Counted from the stretch's first letter, positions 34,024 to 44,060 are shown. The stretch is DNA of 64,000 nucleotides from Flavobacteriales bacterium (GCA_047601855.1 JASGIM010000003.1:576797-640796), one strand, 5' to 3'. A program made the numbers and translations. The notes: generated by a model from the letters alone, not told the origin.

Positions 34024-35217
34024 CTAGCCGCGGTCGTCCGCGGTGGCGTTGAAGACGTGCTCCAGGATGGCCTTGTCCTCCGCCATCAGCGTGATGTGAC
34101 GGCGTTCCATCACTCGCTCGCAGGTGGCATAGGCCTTCTCCAGTTCGTAGGTGTCGAAACCGTCCGCGCCGCCCCAGGCGAAGCTGGGCACGTGCTTGGG
34201 CGGGAAGCCACCTCCGAACACGTTGGCGCATACGCCCACCACCGTGCCCGTGTTGAACATGGTGTTGATGCCGCTCTTGCCGTGGTCGCCCATGAGCAGG
34301 CCGCAGAATTGCAGCCCAGTGCCCACCGGACCACCGGCGGCATAGCTCCACATCTTCACCTCGCCGTAGGTGTTCTTCAGGTTGCTGTTGTTGGTGTCGG
34401 CGCCCAGGTTGCACCATTCGCCCAGCACGCTGTTGCCGAGGAAGCCGTCGTGGCCCTTGTTGCTGTAGCCCAGCAACACGCTGTTGTTCACCTCGCCGCC
34501 CACGCGGCATTCGGGGCCGAAGGACGAGGGGCCATAGACCTTCGCGCCCATCTTCAGTTGGGCATGGTCGCCCAGGGCGAAGGGGCCGCGCACCATGCAG
34601 CCCTCCATCACTTCCGCGCCCTTGCCGATGTAGATGGGGCCGTTGGTGGTGTTGAGGATGCTCGCCTGCACCACCGCACCTTCCTCCAGGAAGATCAGGT
34701 TGGGGTCGCCGATCACGGTGTTCAAAGCGTCCACGCGCTGGCTGCGGCGGCCTTCGGTGAGCAGGGCGAAGTCGTTCACGATGGCCTTGCCGCAATGCTG
34801 GAACAGGTGCCACGGCCGGTGGAAGGCGACCACCTCCCCTTGGTAGGGGCGTGGCTTCCAATAGGGCGGCAGGGCGGTCCAGGCCTGCGCTTCCATGTGT
34901 TCGATGCCCGGACGGCAGAAGGCCAGTGTGCGGCCGTCGTGGACCAGGGCCTCGCCCACCTCCAGATCGAGCACTGCGCTCACCAGGTCCGGGAGCGGCA
35001 GCAGGGAGCCGTCCACTTCGCGCACCACGTCGGCCTTCACGCCGGCGAACTTGCCTGCGAGGTAGGCTTCGGTGGCGTATCCCACGGGCAGTTCGGTCAT
35101 GCGCCACCACGCATCGGCGATGGTGAGGATGCCCGGGCGCAGCGCGCCTACCGGGCGGGTGAAGGTGAGCGGGAGCAGGTGGCGATGATGCCCCGCATCG
35201 GACAGGAGGATGGCCAT
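34024..35217 (-). CDS. GlmU-related putative sugar nucleotidyltransferase (Bacteroidota family)
   Basis: LLPLTFTRPV...LRPGILTI, hexapeptide repeats, NKGHDGFLGNS, GADTNNSNLKN. Confidence 0.85.
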   Translation of the reverse strand: MAILLSDAGHHRHLLPLTFTRPVGALRPGILTIADAWWRMTELPVGYATEAYLAGKFAGVKADVVREVDGSLLPLPDLVSAVLDLEVGEALVHDGRTLAFCRPGIEHMEAQAWTALPPYWKPRPYQGEVVAFHRPWHLFQHCGKAIVNDFALLTEGRRSQRVDALNTVIGDPNLIFLEEGAVVQASILNTTNGPIYIGKGAEVMEGCMVRGPFALGDHAQLKMGAKVYGPSSFGPECRVGGEVNNSVLLGYSNKGHDGFLGNSVLGEWCNLGADTNNSNLKNTYGEVKMWSYAAGGPVGTGLQFCGLLMGDHGKSGINTMFNTGTVVGVCANVFGGGFPPKHVPSFAWGGADGFDTYELEKAYATCERVMERRHITLMAEDKAILEHVFNATADDRG

Positions 35218-35299
35218 TGTCCCGCGAAGATCGCCATCAAAGGCGTTCCGGCCCCCTGAACGACCGTTCTTGTGAGAACATCCGCAGATGGCAGAACCA

Positions 35300-35327
35300 C
35301 GAAGGCCCCGGGATCCCGGGGCCTTCG
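35300..35327 (-). terminator. Hairpin/terminator after carbonic anhydrase
   Basis: CGAAGGCCCCGG-GATC-CCGGGGCCTTCG perfect palindrome. Confidence 0.6.
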
Positions 35328-35353
35328 CTTGGCCGATCATCGCAAGCGGGGTG

Positions 35354-36013
35354 CTATCCCACCGCCACCTGGGCGGGCACGAGGTGATCCAGTTGCGCAC
35401 AGGCACAGCAGAGGGTCACGTGGCCGCTGCCCACGTCGTACATGCCACCGGCGATGCCTATTTCACCGGCCTTCACCCGGTCCGCGACCACGCTGCTCCT
35501 GGAGAGGATGTGGCCGACCGTCAGGCGCACGTTGGTCTCGGCCACGCGGTCGGCGAAGGGGCGGCCGCTGCCGTCCTCCGCCGGGGTGGCGGCCACCGCG
35601 GGTTTCAGGTTGCTCAGGGTCTCGGTGAGATGGCCCAGGCGTATGTCGTCCACGGCCCCGTTGATGGCGCCGCATGCCGTGTGGCCCAGCACAAGCACCA
35701 GTTTCACGCCGGCCACGGCCACCGCGTACTCGATGCTGCCGAGGATGTTGTTGCTGGCGAAGTTGCCCGCGATGCGGATGCTGAAGATGTCGCCCAGCCC
35801 CTGATCGAAGATCAGCTCCGCGCTGGTACGGGAATCCATGCAGCTCAGGATCACGGCGAAGGGGTGCTGCCCTTCCTTGGTCTCGTTCACCTGCTGCAGC
35901 AGGTTGCGGTTCGCCTTCAGGTTGTTCACGAACCGTTCGTTGCCCTTGATGAGGATGTTCAGCGCATCCGTGGGCGTCAGGTGTTGTTGGGTCTCTTTCG
36001 TTTGCGTTCTCAT
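35354..36013 (-). CDS. Beta-class carbonic anhydrase
   Basis: GNERF, CMDSR, GDIFSIRIAGN, GHTACGA zinc ligands. Confidence 0.93.
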   Translation of the reverse strand: MRTQTKETQQHLTPTDALNILIKGNERFVNNLKANRNLLQQVNETKEGQHPFAVILSCMDSRTSAELIFDQGLGDIFSIRIAGNFASNNILGSIEYAVAVAGVKLVLVLGHTACGAINGAVDDIRLGHLTETLSNLKPAVAATPAEDGSGRPFADRVAETNVRLTVGHILSRSSVVADRVKAGEIGIAGGMYDVGSGHVTLCCACAQLDHLVPAQVAVG

Positions 36014-37656
36014 CGGTCGGATGCTTGGGGGTTCTTTTTGGAAGTGGCCTTGACGGTGGCCTCCGTTCGGCCCGCAAGGGCGCTGAGCATGCGCTTGCGG
36101 CTCAAGGCGGCGCGCACGCGGGTCCGGCGGCGCTCGCTCAGGCCGCGCAGTTCGATCACCGAGCCTTTCTCCTTGGCCCGCACGGTCTCATCCTGCAGGA
36201 TCTCCAGCACGTCCGGGTCCAGTTCCACCGAACGCGTGGAGTCGATGATGATGTGGCTTCCGGGAGGCAGCCCGGCGAGCATCTGCTGGATGCTCGCCTT
36301 GTTCAGGAAGCTCACGTCCTCGCTCAGCTCCACGAGGATCGGCTCGCCCGGCACGTGCTTCCGGCCCCGGAAGTGGAAGGGCACGCGGAAGTTGTTGCGC
36401 AGGATGATGAAGGCCGCCACGGCCATGCCCATCGCCACGCCCTTCAGCAAGTCGGTGAGGACCACGCCGAGGATGGTGACGATGAAGGGCACGAACTGCG
36501 TCCAGCCGCCCGCCCAGAGCTGCGCGAAGAGCTTGGGCTTGGCCAGCTTGAAGCCCACCTGGATCAGGATCGCGGCCAGCGCCGCGAGCGGGATGGCTTC
36601 CAGCACGCCGGGGATCAGGACCACCGACAGCAGGATCAGTGTGCCGTGCAGCATGGTGGACAATTTCGTGCGGCCACCGGCCTGCACGTTCGCGGAGCTG
36701 CGCACGATCACCTGCGTGATGGGCAGTCCGCCGAGCAGCGCCGATGCCATGTTGCCGATGCCCTGCGCCCGCAGTTCGCGGTCCGTGGGCGTTACCCGCT
36801 TGTGCGGGTCCAGCTTGTCGATGGCCTCCACGGACAGCAGCGTTTCCAGGCTCGCCACCAGCGCGATGGTGAGCGCGATGGTCCACACCCGGGGATCGGT
36901 GATGGCGCTCCACTGCGGCGTGGGGAACAGGTCGCCGAACGTGGTGCCGCGCAGGTCCGGCAACTGCACGAAGTGCTCCGGCGCCAGCGTGAACAGCGGG
37001 AAGATGCCGCTGGCCTGCCCCAGCGCGATGCCCGCGAGCACCGCCAGCAGCGGTCCCGGCACCAGCCCGAGCACCTTCGAGCCCTTGATGAAGGGCCGTT
37101 CCCACAGCACCAGCACCGCTATGCACACCAGGGCGATCGCCACGGCGCCGGGGTTGATCAGGTGCAGCACGTTGCCCAGCTCGGAGAAGGTGTTCTGGTG
37201 GTCGGGCTGTTGGAACACCATGTCCCCTTCCGGGTCGCTGTCGTAGCCCACGGCATGGGGCAGCTGCTTCAGGATGATGATGATGCCGATGCCCGCGAGC
37301 ATGCCTTTGATCACCGCCGAGGGGAAGTAGTAGGCGATGACGCCCGCCCGGAGCACGCCCATCAGCACCTGGATGGCGCCGGCGAGCAGCACGGTGAGCA
37401 GGAAGGCCTCGAACGAGCCCAGGTCGGCGATGCTCGTCAGTACGATGGCGGCCAGCCCCGCCGCGGGGCCGGATACGCCCAAGGGGGAGCCGCTGACGGC
37501 CCCCACGAGGATGCCGCCGATGATGCCGGCCACCAGACCGGACATGAGGGGCGCGCCCGATGCAAGGGCCACGCCCAGGCACAGGGGCACGGCCACCAGG
37601 AAGACCACGACGGCGGCAGGGCCATCATGGCGGATGGAACCGAACAAGTTCCGCAT
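36010..37656 (-). CDS. SulP family inorganic anion (probably bicarbonate) transporter
   Basis: VVFLVAVPLCLGVALAS, SGPAAGL, VIVRSSAN, STAS-like tail; translationally coupled to carbonic anhydrase. Confidence 0.92.
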   Translation of the reverse strand: MRNLFGSIRHDGPAAVVVFLVAVPLCLGVALASGAPLMSGLVAGIIGGILVGAVSGSPLGVSGPAAGLAAIVLTSIADLGSFEAFLLTVLLAGAIQVLMGVLRAGVIAYYFPSAVIKGMLAGIGIIIILKQLPHAVGYDSDPEGDMVFQQPDHQNTFSELGNVLHLINPGAVAIALVCIAVLVLWERPFIKGSKVLGLVPGPLLAVLAGIALGQASGIFPLFTLAPEHFVQLPDLRGTTFGDLFPTPQWSAITDPRVWTIALTIALVASLETLLSVEAIDKLDPHKRVTPTDRELRAQGIGNMASALLGGLPITQVIVRSSANVQAGGRTKLSTMLHGTLILLSVVLIPGVLEAIPLAALAAILIQVGFKLAKPKLFAQLWAGGWTQFVPFIVTILGVVLTDLLKGVAMGMAVAAFIILRNNFRVPFHFRGRKHVPGEPILVELSEDVSFLNKASIQQMLAGLPPGSHIIIDSTRSVELDPDVLEILQDETVRAKEKGSVIELRGLSERRRTRVRAALSRKRMLSALAGRTEATVKATSKKNPQASDR

Positions 37657-37939
37657 GAGGAAAGGGGGATAGGAAGTGAGGGTCCGGCACTATGGATGGT
37701 CACACGCGAGCGGGCCGGACCCTCTCAGGCGCATGCACATGACCAATGGGATGAGCCGAAGGGGCTCCGAGCCGGTCCAGGACTCCTTCGCAGGTGCCGC
37801 CGCGCCGGACCTTCTTCATTCGCTCCAGCTTCTGCGGAACATGTTCCCGTAAGCATCATCGCTACGCGAACACGTTCCGGCATCGCCTGAACAGAAAGGC
37901 GGTCCCGGGGACGCTCCTGCAAGGGAGCCCGAACAGCGC

Positions 37940-38233
37940 TCAGCAGGCCGCCTTGGGCGGCTGGTGGGGCACATCGCTGATGGGCCCGTTCGGCACCGCC
38001 ACGTCCTGATCGCGGAACGCGGCGCGCAGCCGCTGGTCCATCAGGAACGTCATGCAGCACCATGCGCGGTCCGGCACGGTGCTGAGCTTGTGCACGTCAC
38101 GTCCGTGCGAATGCTCCTCTTCGTTGGGCACCGGGCTGGTGACGGCGTTCGTGCTGCCATCGTAGGTCAGCAGCGTGGGCGCAACGGCCAGCGACAGCAG
38201 CAATCCGCTGAAGACGATGGCGAGGGCCATCAT
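37940..38233 (-). CDS. Small hypothetical exported/membrane peptide upstream of sulP
   Basis: Hydrophobic N-terminus, EEEHSH, C-terminal PHQPPK; TACTTTCG promoter-like motif at 38281-38274. Confidence 0.55.
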   Translation of the reverse strand: MMALAIVFSGLLLSLAVAPTLLTYDGSTNAVTSPVPNEEEHSHGRDVHKLSTVPDRAWCCMTFLMDQRLRAAFRDQDVAVPNGPISDVPHQPPKAAC

Positions 38234-38352
38234 CCAAGCTTGGGGCGGATCGTGCGTGCGGAAGGCATCGGTACGAAAGTACGCCGATACGCAGCTGGCA
38301 GGCGAAGAAGTTGGGAAGATTTAACGCGCTCCCCTATCGTTCCATCGCTGCC

Positions 38353-39759
38353 CTATTGCGGACCGGCGATGGCCGCATAGATCCAGTAGGTGATCGCGGC
38401 GACCAGGGCGCTCACGGGAATGGTGATGATCCAGGCCCACAACAACCGGACGGTGACGCCCCAGCGCACGGCGCTCGCCCGCTTGGTGGCCCCCACCCCG
38501 ATGATGCTGCCGGTGATGGTGTGGGTAGTGCTCACCGGGATGCCCATCTGCTCGGTCACGTACAGCGTCATGGCGCCTGCACTCTCCGCGCACACCCCTT
38601 CCAGCGGTGTCACCTTGGTGATGCGCGACCCCATCGTCTTCACGATCTTCCAACCGCCGCTCAGCGTGCCCAGGCCGATGGCCGTGTAGCAGGCGAAGGG
38701 CACCCACCACGGCATCTTGCTGATGTCGGGGATGTCGCCGTTGGCCACCAGGGCGGCCGCGATGATGCCCATCACCTTCTGCGCATCGTTGCCGCCATGG
38801 CCGATGCTGAACGCCGCGGAGGAGACCAGCTGCAGCCGCTTGAACATCTTGGCCATGCTGAAGGCGTTCGGCGTCTTGGCCTTCTCCACGTAGAGGTACA
38901 CCAGGCAGAAGAGCAGCGCCACGCCCATGATGCCCAGGCGCAGGTTCGTGTTGTCCGCTTTCCCCAGGATGTCGCCGAGCTTCTTCGGGTCCACCTGCGG
39001 GTCCACTTCCGCCTGGATCCGCGCGGCCACACGCGGCGCATCCATCATGCCGTAGCCGGCGACCAGGGGCTTGGCCTGCTCCAGCTTCCGTTGGGCGGCC
39101 ACGTAGTCGGCGGCCTTCGCTGGATCGGCGATGGAGGCCTGCTTCAGCTCGTCCACCTTCCAGTACTTCGCCAGGTTCTCGTTCATCTTCCCCTGCTGCA
39201 GGTAGCCGAAGAGCAGCCACGTGAAGACGGAGGTGAGCACGATGAGGCCCACGCGGTACCAGGTGTTGCGCACCAGCGTCACCAAAGTGATGAACATGCT
39301 CACCGCCATGCCCACCAGCGGGGCCAGGAAGATGAAAAGCACCGTCTTGGTGATCTTGTCCATCTCCACCACCGCGCCGAAGGTGATGCCATCGTTCACG
39401 GCGAAGGCATGTGCCAAGGCCGCCCCAGCGAACCCGCCGATCAGGGTGTGTGACGAGCTGCTGGGGATGCCGTACCACCAGGTGAGCAGGTTCCAGATGA
39501 TGGCCGCCACCAGGCCACTGAGGATCACCGGCAGGGTGATGAACTCGCGGTGGACCGTTTTGCTGATGGTGTTGGCCACCGCATGGTCCTTGAAGATGAA
39601 GAAGGCCACGAAGTTGAAGAGCGCCGCCCACAGCACCGCCTGGAAGGGCGTGAGCACCTTGGTGCTCACCACGGTGGCGATGGAGTTGGCCGCGTCGTGG
39701 AACCCGTTGATGTAGTCGAACACCAACGCCAGCACGATGATGACCGCGAGGAGCGTCAT
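38353..39759 (-). CDS. PiT family inorganic phosphate transporter with an internal insertion
   Basis: NGFHDAANS, PSSSSH, HGGNDAQK, GIPVSTTH. Confidence 0.92.
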   Translation of the reverse strand: MTLLAVIIVLALVFDYINGFHDAANSIATVVSTKVLTPFQAVLWAALFNFVAFFIFKDHAVANTISKTVHREFITLPVILSGLVAAIIWNLLTWWYGIPSSSSHTLIGGFAGAALAHAFAVNDGITFGAVVEMDKITKTVLFIFLAPLVGMAVSMFITLVTLVRNTWYRVGLIVLTSVFTWLLFGYLQQGKMNENLAKYWKVDELKQASIADPAKAADYVAAQRKLEQAKPLVAGYGMMDAPRVAARIQAEVDPQVDPKKLGDILGKADNTNLRLGIMGVALLFCLVYLYVEKAKTPNAFSMAKMFKRLQLVSSAAFSIGHGGNDAQKVMGIIAAALVANGDIPDISKMPWWVPFACYTAIGLGTLSGGWKIVKTMGSRITKVTPLEGVCAESAGAMTLYVTEQMGIPVSTTHTITGSIIGVGATKRASAVRWGVTVRLLWAWIITIPVSALVAAITYWIYAAIAGPQ

Positions 39760-39763
39760 GCGG

Positions 39764-40411
39764 TCAGGCGTACTTCAGCATGATGGATTCGATCACGTTG
39801 GCCACGTCCTCGCATTTGTCGGTGGCCAGCTCCAGCGTGGTGTAGAGGTCGCGGTACTTGATCAGGCGGATGGGGTCCTTCTCGTTGGCGAAGAGGTTCT
39901 CGATGGCACGGTCGTACACTTCGTCCGCTTCGTTCTCCATGCTGTTCACGTCCACCACGAACTGGTGGTGGGCGTTGGCCTTTTGGAGGTCGCGCAGGTG
40001 CTGCACGGCCATCTGCACGATCTGGGCACCTTGGTTCACCAGGCGGGCCAGCTCCACGCAGGTCTCGTCCGGCCGGTCGATGTGGAACAGTTCCAGGCTC
40101 TTCGCGCTGGCGAGGATGAAGTCCGCCACGTCGTCCAGGCTGCTGGCCAGGGAGTGGATGTCCTCCCGATCGATCGGCGTGATGAAGTTCCGCGCGAGGT
40201 CGGTGAAGATGGTGTGCGTGAGGTCGTCGTTCGCGTTCTCCTGCAATTCCAGCCGCTCCAGCAGGGCCGTGCGGTGCGCACCGGGCTCGCTGTCCATGAT
40301 GGCGATAAGGTCCTCGCTCATCTTCAGCACGTTGGCGGCCGACGCTTCGAAATGGAAGAAGAAGATGCGGTCGCGGGGCTTGAAGAGACGGAAGAACGCT
40401 CCCAGGATCAT
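39764..40411 (-). CDS. DUF47 phosphate transport regulator
   Basis: FITPIDREDI, LDDVAD, ENEAD, DKCEDVA; upstream of PiT. Confidence 0.92.
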   Translation of the reverse strand: MILGAFFRLFKPRDRIFFFHFEASAANVLKMSEDLIAIMDSEPGAHRTALLERLELQENANDDLTHTIFTDLARNFITPIDREDIHSLASSLDDVADFILASAKSLELFHIDRPDETCVELARLVNQGAQIVQMAVQHLRDLQKANAHHQFVVDVNSMENEADEVYDRAIENLFANEKDPIRLIKYRDLYTTLELATDKCEDVANVIESIMLKYA

Positions 40412-40432
40412 GCGGGCGTGATTTAACGGCGG

Positions 40433-40440
40433 CAAAAGTA
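40433..40440 (-). promoter_or_regulatory. -7 promoter element for DUF47-PiT
   Basis: TACTTTTG on the minus strand, 22 nt upstream of ATG 40411. Confidence 0.55.
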
Positions 40441-40547
40441 GACGGCTCCCTTCAGGAAGCGCATGCGGTGCCCATCCTTAACGCAGGGATAACATGCCAG
40501 GGAACAGGACGCCCATGCAGCGGTGGCCGCTGGGTAGCTTCGCGCCG

Positions 40548-41141
40548 ATGATCTACGAGTTCAATGGCTACCGGCCGGTGGTGGATCCGTCGGCCTTCGT
40601 GCATCCGCAGGCGGCGGTCACCGGCAACGTCATCATCGGCAGGCACGTGTATATCGGCCCTGGCGCGGCGCTGCGCGGCGATTGGGGCGGGATCATCGTG
40701 GCCGACGGCTGCAACGTGCAGGAGAACTGCACCGTCCACATGTTCCCCGGCGTCACCGTGCGGCTGGAGGAAGGGGCGCACATCGGCCACGGGGCCATCA
40801 TCCACGGGGCTTCCGTCGGCAGGAACTGCCTGGTGGGCATGAACGCCGTGCTGATGGACCGCGTGGTGCTGGGCGAGGGCTGCATCGTGGGTGCCTTGGC
40901 TTTCCTCCCCGCTGATTCGGTATGGGAGCCGCGCAAGGTGATCGTAGGCAACCCGGCCAAGGCCGTGAAGGACGTGAGCGATGAGATGCTGGCCTGGAAG
41001 ACCGAAGGCACGCGGCTCTACCAACGCCTGCCCGCTGAACTGCATGCCACGCTGAAGCCGTGCGAGCCGCTGCGCGAGGTGCCGGCCGATCGCCCGCCGA
41101 TCACGGTGGACTATCGGACCTGGAACGAGACGAAGGGATAG
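40548..41141 (+). CDS. paaY: PaaY-like gamma-carbonic anhydrase / hexapeptide repeat protein
   Basis: IYEFNGYRPVV, LRGDWG, NVQENC, IGHGAIIHG, WKTEGTRLYQ. Confidence 0.75.
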   Translation: MIYEFNGYRPVVDPSAFVHPQAAVTGNVIIGRHVYIGPGAALRGDWGGIIVADGCNVQENCTVHMFPGVTVRLEEGAHIGHGAIIHGASVGRNCLVGMNAVLMDRVVLGEGCIVGALAFLPADSVWEPRKVIVGNPAKAVKDVSDEMLAWKTEGTRLYQRLPAELHATLKPCEPLREVPADRPPITVDYRTWNETKG

Positions 41142-41228
41142 CGTGCTCGTGCGCGCGGAAAGGGGCCATGTCCTGGGCCCACGCGATGCCTCCTGTGATG
41201 TGACGGTCGTGGCACGTGGCTCGACCGG

Positions 41229-41588
41229 TCAATGCCACTTGCTCACGTCCCGCTCGTCCAGATGGAACTTATGCAGGAAGCGGTGCACCGTGGGCGCGAG
41301 CATGGTGGCCACGATGGTGAGCAGGGCCACACCGCTGTAGAGCGCATAGAACGAGGCGAACCACTTGGAGGCGTCGTTCGGCAGGTCGCCGATGGGGCCC
41401 ATGCCGCCGAGGATCATGCTGGCGTTCAGGAAGGCGTCCACCAGCCGCATGTGGGCCAGGCCCATATAGCCGGCCGTGCCGATGGCCAGACTGATCGCGA
41501 TGAAGCCCACGGCGGCCAGCACGAAACGGAACTGCCGCTGGATGTAGACCTGCCGCCGAGTGAGCGGCGCACGCAAGGGGTCGAACAT
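41229..41588 (-). CDS. Small two-TM ion-channel-like membrane protein
   Basis: TM-(DAFLNASMILGGMGP)-TM layout resembling a K+ channel pore domain. Confidence 0.6.
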   Translation of the reverse strand: MFDPLRAPLTRRQVYIQRQFRFVLAAVGFIAISLAIGTAGYMGLAHMRLVDAFLNASMILGGMGPIGDLPNDASKWFASFYALYSGVALLTIVATMLAPTVHRFLHKFHLDERDVSKWH

Positions 41589-41695
41589 GCGCTAAATATC
41601 GGTGCGATCCGGAGATCGCTCGATCAACACCGGAGCGTTGACCATCGATCCCCGTGCGCGTTCCGTGCGCTCCGTGCCGCCCGCACCTTCGCGCC

Positions 41696-42064
41696 ATGCG
41701 TGGCCTCTACAGCATCGCCCTGCTCGTACTGAGCAACACCTTCATGACCCTGGCGTGGTATGGCCACCTCAAGTTCAAGGAACACCCCACGCTGGCGAAG
41801 CTGGGCCTGTTCAGCGTGGTGCTCATCAGCTGGGGCATCGCCTTCTTCGAGTACTGCCTGCAGGTGCCCGCCAACCGCCTCGGTCACGTGGACTACGGCG
41901 GTCCGTTCTCGCTGGTGCAGCTCAAGGTCGTCCAGGAAGTGATCACGCTGGTGGTCTTCGTCCTTTTTACGCTGGTCGCGTTCAAGAACGAGGCCTTCCG
42001 CTGGAACCACGCGCTGGCAGGCGTGCTGCTGGTGGCCGCCGTATGGCTCGTGTTCAAGAAGTAG
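41696..42064 (+). CDS. DMT family protein (DUF486/DMT_6-like)
   Basis: SNTFMTLAWYGHLK, SWGIAFFEY, QVPANRLG, QLKVVQEVITL. Confidence 0.88.
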   Translation: MRGLYSIALLVLSNTFMTLAWYGHLKFKEHPTLAKLGLFSVVLISWGIAFFEYCLQVPANRLGHVDYGGPFSLVQLKVVQEVITLVVFVLFTLVAFKNEAFRWNHALAGVLLVAAVWLVFKK

Positions 42065-42065
42065 C

Positions 42066-44060
42066 ATGGAAGGCGGGCTGTTCCAGGAGTTGATCGTGGT
42101 GCTGGCCCTGGCGGTCGGCATTATCCTGCTGTTCCGCCGCATGAAGCTGCCCGCCGTGCTGGGCTTCATCATCGCCGGCATGCTCGCCGGTCCGCACCTG
42201 CTGGGCTGGGTGGACAGCGTGCATACCGTGGAACTGCTCGCGGAAATGGGCGTCATCTTCCTGTTGTTCGTCATCGGCATGGAGTTCAGCCTGAAGAAGC
42301 TGGCCTCCATCGGCGTCACCGTGTTCGTGGGCGGCTCGTTGCAGGCGCTCATCACCATCGCGCTCACGGCCGGGCTCGGCCGCCTGCTGGGCCTCTCCTT
42401 CCCTGCCGCCGTGTTCACGGGCTTTCTGGTCACGCTCAGCAGCACGGCCATCGTGCTGCGCATCCTCCAGGAAAAAGGCCGCATGGACGCGCCCTTCGGC
42501 CGCATCAGCGCCGCCATCCTCATCTTCCAGGACATCCTCGTGGTGCCCATGATGCTGGTGACGCCGATGCTCGCGGGCAAGAGCGGCGACATCGCCGGTG
42601 ACCTGTTGCTGCTGCTGGGCAAGATGCTGCTGTTGCTGGTGGCCGTGTATGTGGGCGGGCGGTTCGCCGTGCCCCGCCTGCTGCGCGTGGTATCCAAGGG
42701 CCGCAACAAGGAGCTGTTCATCATCACCATCGTGGTGCTGTGCTTCGCGGCGGCCTGGGCCACCTCCGCCCTGGGCCTTTCGCTCGCGTTGGGTGCCTTC
42801 TTCGCGGGGCTCATCATCAGCGGCACGGACCAGGCCTATCACGCCACGGGCATCGTGCAGCCCTTCCACGAGCTGTTCATGAGCTTCTTCTTCGTGAGCA
42901 TCGGCATGCTGGTGGATCCCGCCTTGTTCATCACGCGGCCGTTCACCATCATCGGCCTTACCCTGCTGGTGATCGTGGTGAAGATGATCGCGGGCTTCCT
43001 CGCCGTGTGGGTGCTGCGGCATCCCGTGCGCACGGCGCTGCAATGCGGCATCGCGCTCTTCCAGGTGGGCGAGTTCGCCTTCGTCCTCGCCGTTACCGGC
43101 CTTTCCAGCGGCCTTCTCTCCCCCGCCCACCACCAGGTCTTCCTCGCCGTATCGATCCTCACCATGGGCATCACGCCCTTCGCGCTGGGCAACGTGGACC
43201 GCATCGTGCGCCGCGTGTTCACCGTGTTCCTGCCCCGCTCGGTGGCCGACCGCCTCGATGCCCTCATGCGCGTGCGCCGCGAAGTGGAGCGCACCGACCA
43301 ACTCCTGCTGAAGGACCACGTGGTGATCATCGGCTTCGGCCTCAACGGGCAGAACGTGGCCCTGGCCGCGCAGAGCGCCAGGATCCGCTGTGCGGTGATC
43401 GAGGAGGATCCCGACCTGGCCGACCTGGCCGCCAAGCGCGGCATGCACGTGGTGCACGGCGATGCCACGAACGGCCACGTGCTGGAGAAGGCCCACGTTG
43501 AGGCCGCCCGCGTGGTGGTGGTGGCCATCGCCGACGCGAGCGCCACGCGGCGCATCGTGGCCGGGGTGCGCGCGCACTCCACCGCCTACCTGATCGTGCG
43601 GACGCGTTACGTGCGCGAGATCGAGGCCAACCTGGCCGCGGGCGCCAGCGAGGTGATCCCCGAGGAGTTCGAGACCAGCATCGAGATCTTCCACCGCGTG
43701 CTGCGGAAGTACCTGGTGCCCGAGCGCACCATCCAGGAGATGGTGGGCCACATCCGCGGCCAGCATTACGGTGTGCTGCGGGACATGCCGGGCACGGCAC
43801 CGCTGGCGCAGGGGAAACTGGACATCCCCGGCTCGGAGATCGCCGCGCTGCCCATCGACCTGGGCCGCTCGCGCATCGTCGGGCGCACCATCGCGGAGGT
43901 GGATCCCCGGGGGCGCTTCGGCATCACCGTGCTGGCGATCCGGCGTGCGGGGCGCGTGGTCACGGGCATCGGCGGCCGGGAGCGCATCCTGCAGAACGAC
44001 GTGCTCTACGTGCTCGGCGCACCGGCGAGCATCGTGCGGCTGGGCCAGGAACTGCGCTGA
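42066..44060 (+). CDS. CPA2 cation:proton antiporter (Kef-like) with TrkA-N and TrkA-C domains
   Basis: LSSTAIV, FQD, QVGEFAF, IIGFGLNG, GDAT, C-terminal RCK_C. Confidence 0.9.
   Translation: MEGGLFQELIVVLALAVGIILLFRRMKLPAVLGFIIAGMLAGPHLLGWVDSVHTVELLAEMGVIFLLFVIGMEFSLKKLASIGVTVFVGGSLQALITIALTAGLGRLLGLSFPAAVFTGFLVTLSSTAIVLRILQEKGRMDAPFGRISAAILIFQDILVVPMMLVTPMLAGKSGDIAGDLLLLLGKMLLLLVAVYVGGRFAVPRLLRVVSKGRNKELFIITIVVLCFAAAWATSALGLSLALGAFFAGLIISGTDQAYHATGIVQPFHELFMSFFFVSIGMLVDPALFITRPFTIIGLTLLVIVVKMIAGFLAVWVLRHPVRTALQCGIALFQVGEFAFVLAVTGLSSGLLSPAHHQVFLAVSILTMGITPFALGNVDRIVRRVFTVFLPRSVADRLDALMRVRREVERTDQLLLKDHVVIIGFGLNGQNVALAAQSARIRCAVIEEDPDLADLAAKRGMHVVHGDATNGHVLEKAHVEAARVVVVAIADASATRRIVAGVRAHSTAYLIVRTRYVREIEANLAAGASEVIPEEFETSIEIFHRVLRKYLVPERTIQEMVGHIRGQHYGVLRDMPGTAPLAQGKLDIPGSEIAALPIDLGRSRIVGRTIAEVDPRGRFGITVLAIRRAGRVVTGIGGRERILQNDVLYVLGAPASIVRLGQELR

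Noticed and set aside
37725-38063. 112-aa minus-strand ORF overlapping the leader peptide
   Set aside because: Arg/Pro/Gly-rich off-frame composition; overlaps the better supported 37940-38233 ORF
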